DNA of 64,000 nucleotides from the NCBI RefSeq assembly GCF_036321535.1, contig NC_087437.1, positions 62,932,001 through 62,996,000 of the forward strand, given 5' to 3'. Both the position numbers and the translations under genes were made by a program. Positions 14,474-29,200 of this stretch are shown here, one piece after another. This stretch comes from Camelus dromedarius (taxonomy: Eukaryota). A model generated the notes under the pieces. The model saw only the letters and a list, made by a program, of their open reading frames with translations, had not been told where the DNA came from and ran no database searches. Position 1 is the stretch's first letter, and every line of letters begins with the position of its first letter.

Positions 14474-16323
14474 CTTTGGACTGGAAATGGATTTTCCCAG
14501 AATCACACTGCAAGCAAACAGTGATGCCCCAGCTGATGTCAGGTGTCCAGTCCGAGTGGCAAAGTAAAGTTGACTGATCTATTCCAGAACTAAACCAGCA
14601 ACCCTGACCTCAAAACTCCATCCATCTAATTGAATACATCTTAAGCATCCAAACCCTCAGGTTACTTCCTCCTCCTTAAGCATTTTTTGATGTGGATCTG
14701 GAATGACAGGAGAGTCAATAAAGAATACAACAGCTGAATTCCCACACCTGCTAATGTAACTTCCCCCGGGGATGTAGTCACTCTCGGTGGGTGAAATGGA
14801 GCCGAGGGACGGCTGTGGGAGTGCCTGGGGCCACTGCTGCTGCAACCAAACGTTAACCTCTGCTTATTTCTGCGTCTCACTCCCCATTACCAAAGAATAA
14901 TAACTCCCACCCCCTCTTTCCTTTCTTTATTACCTTTGTCACCTCACCTTTATGAAATTTCCCACAGTCACTCCTCACCACATGCCAATATCTCTACTTT
15001 TCCACTGGCATTTCCATTGTTCTTTCAATATATGTTTTAATACTGTTTGCCACCTGAAATGCTTTTGAGTATAGATTCGAAGTAAATTATAAATAAACAG
15101 TATAAATAAATTCACTTAAAGTTATGGAATGAGTTGGAGGGATAATCAAGATCAAGATTTAAAGGCATATCTTTTCCTTTGTTTCAGAAACTGTCTAGAA
15201 AGCACCTTTGAGAACATGATATCTTTAAGCAAGAAACTGCCGTGGCTTCCGGGAAGTCAGGGTAGAGGGGAAGAGAAAGCTCACACGAGAGTAAGGGGTA
15301 GGAAGGACTGCTTGAGCGCTGCTTTTCTTGTATATTTCTGATTCTCATTATAAATATTTTTGGTCTCAGGACTGAAGGAGAGGGCACCTGCTGCCAGGAC
15401 CATTTTCTGGTCCTGCATGGGGCTGGGGATGGGACTGGGACGGGGATATTGGAGCTTTCAATATTTGAAAAAATAATAATTTTCCTTTCAAACTAGTTCC
15501 ACAGAAGTTTAAAACAGATACTTCTGGGAAATCAATCCCAGGCCCCTAGAAGTCCCAACTCAGAGGAGATGGCTGGAACGCAAAGTAAAGTTTTAACAAA
15601 TGGTAGATGGAGAATTGGTTTTCCTTCATACCACACTAGTCAGGAGCAAAGAGAAGACAGAGCTTTTAATTTAACTCTTTGCTATCCCTGAAAAGGACAA
15701 TGCGCTATAGGTATTGAATATTCTCCATACCCCAGAAACCCTACTGGTCTGGCTTTAGTTCCTGTGTCAGAGCAGAAAATAATAAAAGGTGGATATTATG
15801 CAGGGTGGACAATATTAACAGGTATCACAAAGGGAGCATAAATAACCAGAACACCTGATTCTGACCTTTCCAGAATGAACTGAGGAGTCAATGAGATGAA
15901 CCAGCAAACGGCGTTCAAATGGCTCACTTTCTTAACGAGCAGAAAGCAAACTGAGGATACACGTCTTCCTTCCTGTGGCTCCTGAGTTCCTGGCTGCTGT
16001 GTGAGTTTGTCTAATCCCTGATCTACAGTCACCAGCGGAGACCACCTAAGTTTAACACCTACCTCCTCACGAGGCTATAGAATCCAACGACTCTACCACA
16101 ACCACCCAACAGCCAGCTCCATGGTCTTTCAGGAACCAAAGTACCAAGGAAGAGTCCAATGCATACCAACAAAACCCTTCTCAATGGAGTAATCCCACAC
16201 AGGAAGCGAGCAGAGGGGCTCTGCTTGGCGGTGGGGGTGAGAGGGACTGGAAGGAATACAATATGGTGGAATGTGAATTTGCTGATTCCTAAAAATGTAT
16301 CTGTGATGCACAGTCCCCTGTCA

Positions 16324-16707
<384 letters not shown>

Positions 16708-19700
16708 TTAAGTCACTCATAATTGACAGATCTTAATCAAACTCCTAGTGTGAGCCTGGCACCATCTGCTTAGTAGGTGAACCAAAGATACACGTATCCT
16801 CTTTGAGTTCACAGCACAGTAGCTCCAAGACTAGCTGCTATCCTGTTCTTCAGACAGAATTGTGACAGATATCAAATGAATACATGCGAAAGGATTCCAC
16901 AAATGTTAGAGGAATGGGATGGTTCCACACATATATGTAGTCTAATGTGTACAGTTTCAATACACACATGCACACAAACACAAATACAATACATAAGAGT
17001 AGACAAATTAAAGGCATATGAGGGGGGAGCTCTTCCTAGTTTTACCTCACAGGATTATTGTTTAAATAAAATGAGATCATGGCTACCAAAATTATTCATC
17101 CACTTTATAATGCTATGCCAAAGTTCTGGGCTTGTGTTACTACCTTTAAGCTGTAGCTCGGAAAGCATGGGGTCTGGGGCTGTAAGCCTGGATTAAGTCC
17201 CTGCTCTGACATATATGGGCTGGTGACCTTGGGAAGTCACCTCCCTGAGGCCCAGGTGCCTCTTGTAAAGTGCACTTAATAATCCCCAGCCTGCTCCCAT
17301 CACGGTTTGCTGTTCAATAAGACAGTGTCTGTGAACATGTTTTGTGACCAGGAACATGCTGTACCAATGAATGTTAATCCTAAAAGGACACCGAAATGTC
17401 AAGTGCTGACTAGGGCACAGGTCCCACTGGGGAGAGTAGAAGCTAGGGCACAAGAGGCTGGACAACCAACAGAGGTTTCAAAGAGGATGAGCTCTAATTT
17501 GGGAGTTAGAAGAAAAAGAGGAACCCAGCCAAGTAGATGGGAGGGGCTGGCTTTCTGAGCAGAGAGCATCTAAACAAAACTAGCAAGGGGAGGCGACATG
17601 TCATAGAGACAACCAAGAGATAAACACTGTGATCTGCTCAGACAAGTGAGGTGGTGATGACACCTCCAAAGAGACCATTATCATGGGACAACTGTGGAGT
17701 TGAAGAAGTTTAGATTCCACAGGGCCTTCAGTGAGTAAGCTAGAGCCCTGAAACTTGAAATAAACAGGCATATTCATTATCTTGTGATGTCTTGGTTTCT
17801 TATATAACTTAAGAAGTCAGAGGTCAGGGGAAAATCTTTAGTTTTGAATGCTTTCCTCAGCAGCCTTTCTGAAAACCAGGGCCTTGAAGCTGGTCTTTAT
17901 CCAGAAGCAATGGGATCTGAGCTCATACTGATTCTGAAGGGAGCATAAGGTCAGTTGTCCACAGTCTCTCCTTCTGTCATCCAGGGAGCTTCCAACCCCA
18001 ACCTCCTCACCCTGGCCTATTCGGGCACAAAAGCCCACCATGGCGCAGAATCACCCAACCACGAGAAGAACACGAGAGCTGCACTCAACACTATGCCTTC
18101 TGCATCTGTTGAGAATATTGCTGCTGGGAGGATATGACTGTTCTTTCTGACGGCTCCCCTCTGTCTTTCTCTATCACAGCTTCCAGAAGAAAGAGGAGGA
18201 TTTCTGGCCATTTTGTACAGCACCTATGTCAGTGGCACACTGGCTAGGAATCACAGAGATGATGTAAAATGACTTTAGGTACTTCGGTGATGAGTAGCGG
18301 AAGAGACGTGGAGGCCTAGGAAGATGTGTGCGCCGGTGTGTGTGAGGCATCCGGCCAACGTCCACCAGGCATCATCCACTCTTTTTCTTTGACTGGTCTT
18401 GATATCAGGGAGGCTAGCATCAGGCTTGGGGAAGAATGAACAGTCAGCAGTGGTTCTTGTCACTTGCCTATAGTCCCCTGTGAAATCCATGAAACTTAAA
18501 CTTGCAGGACAGGCATCAGCCATCTCATTGCCTTCACTATCACTGAGCAGCCTGCAGCCCTCAGGCGTGGCGCAAGGTCGGCAGTGGGTAAGAGCACGTG
18601 GCATCTCCACAGACCCTGCCCCACAGGGAGGCCAGACAAGTTTGTGTAAATTATCTGGAGGGGAAAGGCAAAGCCATCACAAAATTCTCAAGCTGACAGG
18701 CTCCTAGAGTGAACCCCTTAATGACACAGACGAAGCAGCTGAGGCCCAGAAAGGTTAGACTGCCCACCATTTGGAGTTTTCTTCAGAAGCAAGTAACAGT
18801 GGGGTTTCCTAGATAGGCAGACACAACTGTCATGTATTATATATTCATGAGGATGAATTGGGGGAAGAAGGGAAAGAGGCTGTCTCGTTAGTAAGAAATA
18901 AGAGGACTCAGAAAATCTCAACTGCATGTTCAGAATAGAAATGATTAATCTAACAGGAAAACATGCCAGGGCCATCCCAAGGTAAGTTCTCATTGCTTTT
19001 TAATTGGACAACTAGTATGGGTGGGGGGAAAGCCCTCTCCAATTGAAGTAATTCCCTCCAGCCTCAGGACTGTCCTGGGACGTGTTGATGAGATTATTTC
19101 TGTCCGGAGCTGGCAGAGGTTCTGGTGCTCAGTGATCTGGGGATAGGAACAAGCTCCCACAGGCAGACATCATTAGCCCCATCAAATCCTATTTACACAG
19201 CACCTGGGCACAGGGCTGCTTGCTGAGGGCTTGCTCAAGGCCTCATGACACTTTATCTGAGGAGCCGATGCCCTTGACAGGGACAGGAAACCAGACATTG
19301 ATGCCAAGAGAAAGGAGGCAATGGTGTGGATGATTCTAAATGAATGTAAGGCATCAGACAGGGTTTTCTAAGAGTCCTTCTAAGCTGTATTTGTTTAGAA
19401 TGATATAGAAAGAGTTTTATTTTCTGGGCAGCAGGAAATGGTGGAAAGGTTGTATGTCGGTGGTGGAAAGTAGAGGGAGAAAACATCACACACTCTCTAC
19501 ATTTTCATGGGGCCACAGGCACCATTTGGGGTTACATTTTTCTGACTGGAGCACTGGAATTCAGAGTAGCCCGAGAACAGATGCCAAATAACACGACATT
19601 CCATAATGGCTATTTCTCCACATGACCAAATATGCCATAATTCTTAATGAAGATGCTGCTTATTTTCTATTGAATGTTGTTAAATTTTTGTTGTATTCGT

Positions 19701-19895
19701 ATTGCTTGTTGGATGCTGAATAGCATCTTCAATCATACATAATGCTTTGAAACATTAGCGCTTTTCCATTTACTATTTCATTCTAAATGCAAGTTGGGTG
19801 CAAGCATTTGTATATCTGACAGATGGAGAAACTGAAGCTCACACAAGACCACAAAGCTGGCTGTGGCTGAGCCAAGACCAGGACATGATGACTTA

Positions 19896-20261
<366 letters not shown>

Positions 20262-22094
20262 TCAATGAGATAGCAGACTGTCTTGCTCATCAGCACACTG
20301 ATAGGTCAGTTTGCATTTCTGTATTTTGATTCATTATCCATCTCTGCTAAGTCTACTCCCTTAGTGCTGGCATTCCCTAAGGACAGAACCACACTCACCT
20401 TTACTTCCCTGTGGCTTAGGGAAACTGTGGTCTTAGAGCTGGGAGCTGCCTCATCTTTGAGGGACTGGGAAGAATAGGAAACTGGTGATGGACAAATCTT
20501 ATTTCATCTTTCATAAAGTAGGGCTCTGCACACTTCCTTCAGGCAGCTGACCCAAGACCAGGATATTATGACTTATCTTGCATCTAATCCAAGATACTGT
20601 CCAAGGCATTTCCCACTGGAAAGCACCACTCATGCTGGTTCCTAGAAACCTATCATGATTTTACAAATATGCAAAAAAGAATGTGATGCTCAAAAAGAAC
20701 CAAATGAAGATTAAGTAAATATGTGCTAGGCTAAATTATTTTATTCTTTTCAGGATTGCTCAGTTGGTTAGAAAGTTGAATGCTAGAGACATAGCTTAAT
20801 TTCAATATAAATATGAAACATTTCCCTCACGATATTCAAGATGATGAAATGTAGTCAGGATGATATTACTGGTCAGACAACTTGAAAGGAGCTAATTATA
20901 GTGTTTTGAATGGAACAAGCACTGGAAATGATGAGGAATTGAGCTGAATTCCTAAAAATCCATTTATTGATACCTCTTCCTCATATTGAACATAGGTCTC
21001 CAGTGGCCTACCACAGTGCTCCTCTTCTAACTGCTCTCAGTGGGCATTTTCATGAATGATGGAGGCAAAGATGAGTCTGACATTATCTTAGAAACAAGGA
21101 ATCTTCACCTGGACAGCAGGAAAGATAAGCTCATGGCTCCACCAGGGGGAAAAATCTGGTAGAAGAAGCCAGGAGATGTGGATTGTGCTCTTCCTATAAC
21201 CTGTGGCGCCTCTGAGTAAATCACTATACCCTTTGCTCACCAAGACTTCGTATGTAACATAGGCTGGGGAAAGCACAGCATAAAATGGTTAGTGACCTTA
21301 TGGATCTAGCGTTCTGTAAGTCCTCCATGTTACAAACATGGATAAATATCCACCTTAAGAATATTATTTCATCTTGCTGATTCTCAGTACAGTAAATCAT
21401 GGTATAGCCTTTGTAAAAAGAGGTAAGAAAAGAGACAATAAAGAGAGACAAAAAATAGTCTTCAGATTTTGGACAAGTCATTCTTTGTTCTTTAGACAGG
21501 AAAGGCCATAAATGCGGCAGAAGAGGTTGGGTTAACAAGATTAAAAAGCCCTGGAGATAGTAAATAAAGGGCTTTAACAAATGTTCTTTTTGGATAGATG
21601 AGAACCCCTCTAAGCCTGTGTCTCCTAATCTACAAAATGGGAAGAATAATATTTGCCCTGCTCACTCCAAAAATTATGAGAAATAAATTATTTACGTTAT
21701 CAATGCTTTACATAAATATACACGATTATTAATAAGTCTGTAGTATTGTCATTATAGCTATGAGGAATACAAATTGTTATTATTCAGTGTCCCTGTCATG
21801 TAGCAGCTTGCTTCTGGTTGTAATTAGTTCAGTTTCCTTTCTTTACAAATAAACCTTTTGTTGTAAAACACAAGTTTTCTAGACCATATAAGCTGGGATT
21901 CATATTCTTAAAGGTATGAATGTATTTATTTCAAATCAGTATGAAATTAGGAAGTTCAGGATATTGGTCACTATAACTTAAAGCTACTTCATTCTTTCCG
22001 GCTGTCATTTTGCCTAAAGAGCAAAGACATTTTCCAAATGTATTTAACCCTTGGGTATGAGATAATGAATTCCCTGAAAAATTACCGTATGGAG

Positions 22095-22500
22095 AAGCAA
22101 TATAGCATAGTGGTTAAGAGTTTCAAACTGCAGTTTTACCACGTTACCTATATAACCTTGAGTCAGTAACCTACAGTCTTTGCACCTCAGTTTTCCTTAT
22201 CAGTAAAGTGGGAATAATAATAGTTTTTACCCCCCCAGAGTTGTAAAGATCACTAATAAGTTGATATATATGTGTGTGTTATGTCTGTGTGTATACACAC
22301 ACAAATAAGTGAGATATAAGTGTGTATTTGTGTATATGTATATATACTCAGTATTTATGTAAATTATAAAAACATATATATATATACACACATATGCATA
22401 TGGTTATCTGTACACACACATACATGCTCACACAGATATATGTATATCACTTAGAAACAGTGCCTGGTATTTAATAAGGGCTACATAAAGTGCTAAGTAT
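22095..22500 (+). mobile_element. MIR interrupted by TA/CA-rich low-complexity sequence
   Basis: agcatagtggttaagag...cctcagttttccttatcagtaaagtgggaataataatag ... cacttagaaacagtgcctggta. Confidence 0.75.
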
Positions 22501-25500
22501 TATGATATTTAAGATATTTTTGATACGAGCCATCTCCAGTTCCCACTAGAAGACAGAGGGAAGGTTTGAAGTGCTCCTTCATTTTGAAATTGGTAAAAGA
22601 TCAATACTGGGTTTGGTCCTTCAGTATGGGATGATGAGCTGGGCCTCTGTGTTCTGTTTCTGCAGCTTTGTCCTGGAATATCTAAGGAAAGCCTAGAGAT
22701 TGAAAAGTTCAGATATTTCTTTTAAAAAAAATAAAAGAAAAGAAGACATGAAGAGAGAGAGAGATGAACATTGTGGACAGAGAGCAGGACATTTAAGAGA
22801 AGAAAAACAAACTCAGTGCATCAGTGGAGGACAGGCACCTGATTAGGATGAGGCTGCACTTGTGCTACAGGAATAAGAGACAGGAAAGGGGCTTAGAGAG
22901 ATCTTGAGGATTTGATTTTATTGAAGGCAATTTTATTCTCAGTACCATCCTTAAGCTATTTTAACGGCTTCATAGCTTGGAGGTCCTTTTTTCCCTCCTT
23001 AATAAGAACTTGAACACCTCTGGTGTAGGTCTAGGGAAGAAAGTCAGCATCATTCCTTTTTGAGGAAATCCACCACAACTCAGGACAGTCCCTCTGCCTG
23101 GTGGTCACACAGCTAAATTGCAGGGACAGTCAAAGACCAAACATTGCCCAAGATGATGTGTCAGCATTACAAACAAAAAGACTAGAGAAAGATTAGGGAT
23201 ATTTTGAGGATACACACTAACCTCAGAAATCAGTATCATTTAAAAATACATCCTCCCCTCCAAATATTCTCTGATTAATGAGTTGAAATTGATTTCTCAG
23301 ATTTCTGGTCATATATTTACTATATTATTATTAAATAAACTCTTGTCTAAGGTAGAGTTAAAACCTACTGTTGAAGAAAGTCAGCTAAGAGATAAACAAT
23401 CAAATATGACATTAGATGCCACTCAGCTCAGTGGTCAGCAGCCTGGTAAGCAAAGGAAGCGGCCCATCTACCTTCAAGAGGATAAGATGCCAAGTAAAAC
23501 TGCTAGGAAACTGGACTCAGATACGGAAGGGGATTATAGTACCAGAGACAAAGGGTTAGCTACATCTTTCTCTATTTTTCCTTCTGTAAAAACAAAACCA
23601 AAACAACCCAGAGGGAAAAGAGTTCTTGAATGGAATTGATACTTACTGGGAGTAATTCTTGACTCAGTCTTTGTCTGGCTAGTTCTATGATCATGAGAAA
23701 ACTACTTATTTCAATTACTTCATACTTAAAGTGTATGTGCACACATGTGTGTCTGTGTTCATGAATGCATATGTGTGTGTTTGTGGTTTCTCTAGCGTGT
23801 CTCTAAAATCCCTTCCAACTCTAACATGCCATGGTTTCCTTTCAGAAGCTGAGCTAAAGAAGAGGTAGTAACAGAGATATTCTCAGAACTGCAAACCTGC
23901 AGTCACAGCTTTGATACCAAGACACCCAAAGTCCAGAGACTTTCGTAGCAGATTGAGGATAATTATGATACCAAGTTAAGAGACCATTTACAACCTTGAA
24001 ATCCCAAACCGCACGCACGCACACATACACACACGCACAGTTGCCCCTTGGTGGCAGCAAACTTAAACTGCAGGTTCATAATTTTGAATAAGCACCTCTG
24101 AAGCATAAAAGTGAACAGACATAAACAGCAGTGTCACTAAACTCTGAGGACTCATATTCCATTCCTTAGGCTATAATTTTCCTACTACCAGAATTTCCTG
24201 TAGGTCTCCTACGTATGTGTCCATCTGACTTATCCCTGAAGAGCATGCCTAGATTGCTTTGAAAGGAATCCAAATCGGAGAGCTGCTTCTATGATTAATT
24301 TACTAATTATCAGGAAGCCGATGAGACTGAGTCAGAATCACCTCGCACTTCAAATTACCATGAGCCAACGGTTACCAGAATGAAGTGGAATCATGGAGTG
24401 AGTCAGGCAGCTTGGCTGCAGCCACCACATGGTTTCTCTCACTGTCCTCCACTTCCATTTCTCTCACCTAGGATAATCCTCTTTACCTCTGCTTATCTAA
24501 AGTCTAACAGGACAGCACTGCACCTTTGCCACAAACTCACCTGCTCCCCAGAAAGAATCTCATGCTTCAGCCATTTCCAGACCCCTCCTCTTGATCAAAC
24601 ACCCCTGTACCATGATCATTCTTTCAGGGTTCTGCTCTCTGCTTGGCAATGACTACTGGTCCATGCTAATATATACACTGAGATGGCTTTATGTATTCCT
24701 TCTCTCGGAATTGTGTCCAAAAACGCCTACATTCAAAAGAATGAGCCAATTTTGAGAATTTCTAGAACCTTGGCAGGGGTAGAGTTAAAGCAGTCCTTTG
24801 AATGCCCTCCATAAAGCTAGCTCTAAGACTGAACTAATGAGTCCAGGGGGCCCAGACCTCATCCTGCTTGCATAGTGGGGCAACCTGAGAAAAGGGCAAT
24901 TGAAAAGGGCAGAAAGAGAACGACAAGGAAGGGAGGAACTAGGGGGTCTGTAGAACTAATGAGGCTTAGGGATGAGTGGTTAAGGAAAGTGGTAATTTAC
25001 TCCATCACCTTCTCCTTCTGATTGGCTGTGCCATTTATTCAGTTCTGGCAGCTACTGTGCTGACACAGTTGACTGACCCCTAGAGATGTGGAAAGAAACA
25101 CCAGTTCCACAGGGTGAGCGACTTCCCCCTCATTTTGAAGAGATTGTTTTTCTTTAGCACCTACTACTAGCTTTTATTTCTTAAATAAACACCATAACGG
25201 TTTGGCAACTGACATAGAGGATGAAGCAGTTTTGTTCTCGAGGCCAACATCTCTTGGGAAGATTGCTTTAGTTTTGGTTCTACAGTGGGTGGCCAGGGGA
25301 ACATGTGTACATGTGAGTGTCTGGCATTTGTGGGGCGTGTGTGTGTGTATGTGTATGTACCTATTTGAGCAGGGTATAGCAGGCAAGAATGATTTTGCAG
25401 GGTTATAAACAAACAGAAATGGGCATTTAACTAAACTACCTAATAAAGAGCTGAGGTTGATTATCTTGGCCACATTCCTTAGTTAATTTGACTCTCATAT

Positions 25501-25929
25501 TATTACTATAAAAATATCTAAAAATGGATATTTTGAAAAGCAATTGCAGCATTTCCATGGAAACACAGCATAGAGAGAGAATTCTATCTGGACAATCTCT
25601 GCATAGCAGATGACACTTGCTACAAATGCCTTTTCCTTGGACAAAGAAAATGAGGATTTGGGTAAATGCTTCCCCCTGCATCCTCCCCAGGCTCTCCAGA
25701 CTAGCAAACAGCCAGCTGTCCTCTTGTCCCCAGGCAAAAAAGAAGGTATTTGAAAGTTCAGCCAATTTGTACTCATAGCTGAGGTTCTGGAGGCATGAGG
25801 GTCCCAAGTGCATGTTTGTCACTTCTCTTCATTATGTGGCCCTTCTCTCTAAGTAGGGATGAAAGTTTTGTTGCTATAAAATAACATTTATTGGGACTGT
25901 TCCTGATTTTCTACTGAAAGTATCATTGA

Positions 25930-26240
25930 GAAAAAATTATAAAACAAAACTATATGCAAAGGAAAATTAAATCACCCATAACATTCTTAACTTCTTTGTA
26001 TATTTCTTTCTAGTCTTTATTCCATACGTGTGATTCAAAGTGTGGTCCTACTGGACATACAATCTTTTATATATTATATCACAAGCCCTTTCTCATGCCA
26101 TTAAGGATCTCTGACAATGCAATTTATAACAACTGCATAATATTTCACTATATAGATTGTGATTTGTTTAATGAGTCACCTAACATGGAATATTTAGATG
26201 GTTGCTAATTATTCAAGGTTATGAATAACACTGTAACAAA
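25930..26240 (-). mobile_element. Ancient L1ME-like fragment
   Basis: aactgcataatatttcact...atggaatatttagatggttgctaatt...tatgaataacactgtaac; heavily diverged. Confidence 0.5.
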
Positions 26241-29200
26241 ATGGTTAGAAAGTTTTAACTCTCCAGGCTCCTTTAGTCGCCACAAATTCACAAAGCAGGG
26301 CCAACAGGATCAAGCAGAATTTTCAATCTGCTGAAAAAATGAGCCTGGAGGATACCTTCTTCCTATCTTCCCTCTGTTTCCTCTCTGATCCTAATTAGAG
26401 TAAATCTTTTGATGTAGGAAGTGGGCAAAAGTAAAATGATGAACTTCACCCTGGGGAGTCATAGGAAGTATAGTTTATATCATTTATGAAGATGGATATT
26501 CAGTTCCCACTCAGAAATCTCCTATAAAGGGGACTTTAATTCCTTCAAAATTACATCATACAATGACACTATTACACTTTGGCACAAATGCAAAAACTCA
26601 GCAAGCAACTGTAGGTAGGTAGGAAGGAGAAAGAAAAAGAAGGAGGGGAGAATGAATGAAGGAAGGAGCCACGACAAGCACGGGAGCTACCACAAGATCT
26701 GTGACAATGTTTACCATCAGCCCTAGCCCCACCCAAGGCCACTTGAGCGAAACTGAGCAGAAGGTCATCCTTCCATTCACCCTATTTACTGTAAAAGGAG
26801 AAAACGTCCATAGCAACTCCAGTTCCCGCACAGGCTTGTAGACTTGGCCACTAAGCTTGCTTTGAGTAAAAAGCCACAAGTTTGCCTATAGAGTCAAGAG
26901 GAAGGAGTCAAGAGTTAATAGACATGGGATCAAACAGGACCCACATTTAGCAAGGTCTGAGAGGTGGTGCGTCTTAAGAGGTATTAAATGATACGGAGTT
27001 CCTTCTTTATTAGACCATCCAAGGATGCTCACTTCTGCCCACCTGATAATCCGTCTCTGCCCGCTACACAGGCTCTAGAGGAAAGCTCCCACAGGCAATC
27101 CAGATTCCCCGCCTGTCCTCCTTTCTTTATATTGTCTGCAGAGCTAAAGTCAAAGAACTGGAGTAGATAAAAGATGTGATTGAAAGGGCTTCTCCCTCCC
27201 CTCCGTTTTTTAAATTTTCTTTTTTAAGGAGAAATGACCAGCCTCTCACAGTCAGGTAAACCTGTTCAATATTTACTCACCATCACTGTGTATCAGACAC
27301 AGCAGTAGAAACATACAGTAGAATCTATATTCATACATCTACATGTGTTCTCTACATATGAGCACTTTCAGCTTGATGAGGAGGTGCCACTTGGCTCAGT
27401 GGGATCCCTCGATGAGGTACGCACACTGTGCTCCTGTCTCATCTGGGTGGGCAGTTGGAAGCCCCAGGGAAGAATTTCAAGGGAACGTGATGCCTGAGTT
27501 AAGTCCTCAAGTTCCTTATTAAGCCTATATTAGAGAAGCATTAAGGAAAAATTTGGGAGGGAGTTTTCTACTAGGAAAAAAAGTAGGTATTAGTATTGTA
27601 CTACTCAATTTTGTAATAACCATCATCATAATTATCACAAAGTAACAGAGACTAAGTAATTTTCTCAAAGGCACACAGCATGACCAGTGATCTAGATCTG
27701 GAAATCAGATCTCCCTGGCATCTAAGAGCTTGCTGTACTTACCGTGTGGGTAAACATGTATCTGTGTGTATGTGCAATATACATATGCATATACATGTAT
27801 ATGTGTACATAATGCATAAGTGTGTACATATGTGCACATGCCTTATTCTCTACTCTGCCTAAAAGGGGCCTCAGACAGACTAGTTTGGGGATGGGAAGGT
27901 AACTGAGAGAAAATGTGCAGATATAAAGTCCTGCTAGATGGCTCCCATGAACAGCCTCTCCATGACAGCCACTCAGAATGATGCTTTTCTTTCCATCCTG
28001 GAAAAAAAAGACCTGAGGGTTGCAGATCTCTTGAAAGAAAAAGCCTCACTATCACACACCTCTCTGCATCAAGGCAGGACGGCTCCTAATTTCTCTCATA
28101 TTTGGGGGTCCCAAAGAAGATATTTTGCTACTTCCTGACAGCCTCCAGTTGGAATAAATTCCCTGGTGGAGAAAACTCTTCCAAGTCTCTGTTTCCTGGC
28201 CTTTATATAAAGTCTTTACACGAAAGGCAAATGAGAAAAGGCATGGGCTTTGGAGTCAGAAAGACTTGGGATCAATGCCTACATTTACTGCATCTTTGCT
28301 ACAAGACACTGGGCAAATTATTCTCATGGCTATTGATTAGATAGATAAATAGTCCAGCACACAACAGAGGCCAAATCCATTTCAGTTCCCTCTCCCTTTC
28401 TTCACCTGCCCTCAATATCATGCTGCTCCCTGCAGTACTATTTCAGGCAAACATGGTTATATGAGCCGCGGGAAAACAAGAGTCAGATTTAAATTGGACC
28501 AAGCTTAGCAAGGTTTGGGAGAGATCTGGGACAAGAATGGTTGATAACTGCATCCCTGACTGTTCCTATCTGCCACAGCCCCAACCCTGGCAATGCTTTA
28601 CTCTTCTCAGCTGAAGCTACCCTCCCCATCAAGCCTCTGCTTTGGGGTTTGAAAATGTAAAGAGGAAAAAGAAGAGTAAGCAGAAGGAAGGAGAGTGGAG
28701 GAGAGGAGGAGACACAAAGGGAAAAGGAGAACAGAGTGTGGGGTAGCAAATGAGAGCACAAGAGCAGAATTCAGGAAGACAGGTCAAGTCTCTGCAGCAC
28801 TGAGCGGCTCTGAACCCTAGACAAGTTCTTTTCTGGGCCTTCCCTTCCCCATTTGAAAACACGTTTAATAAAGTCTACATCATAAGAGTCTCATGAGGAT
28901 TACATGAGATGACATACATGTGTAGCAAGTACTAAGTACTCAGAAAAAAGTACTACTTAATATACACTGAATACTTGCAATGAACCAAATCTTAGGCTAG
29001 GTAAATCACCTGTAGGTGATTAGTTAGTTGTAATTAAGTAATAATGCTTAATTACTTCAAGCTTAATTACTATTATTATTAATAATAATTATTATCAACA
29101 TCAAATACAGAAGAAGAGGAGAAGAGAAAGAAAGGGAACTTGAATTCACATTGGAACCATAAGGGGCCTCAGAGCCACTGAGTCCAATCACATAATTTTG

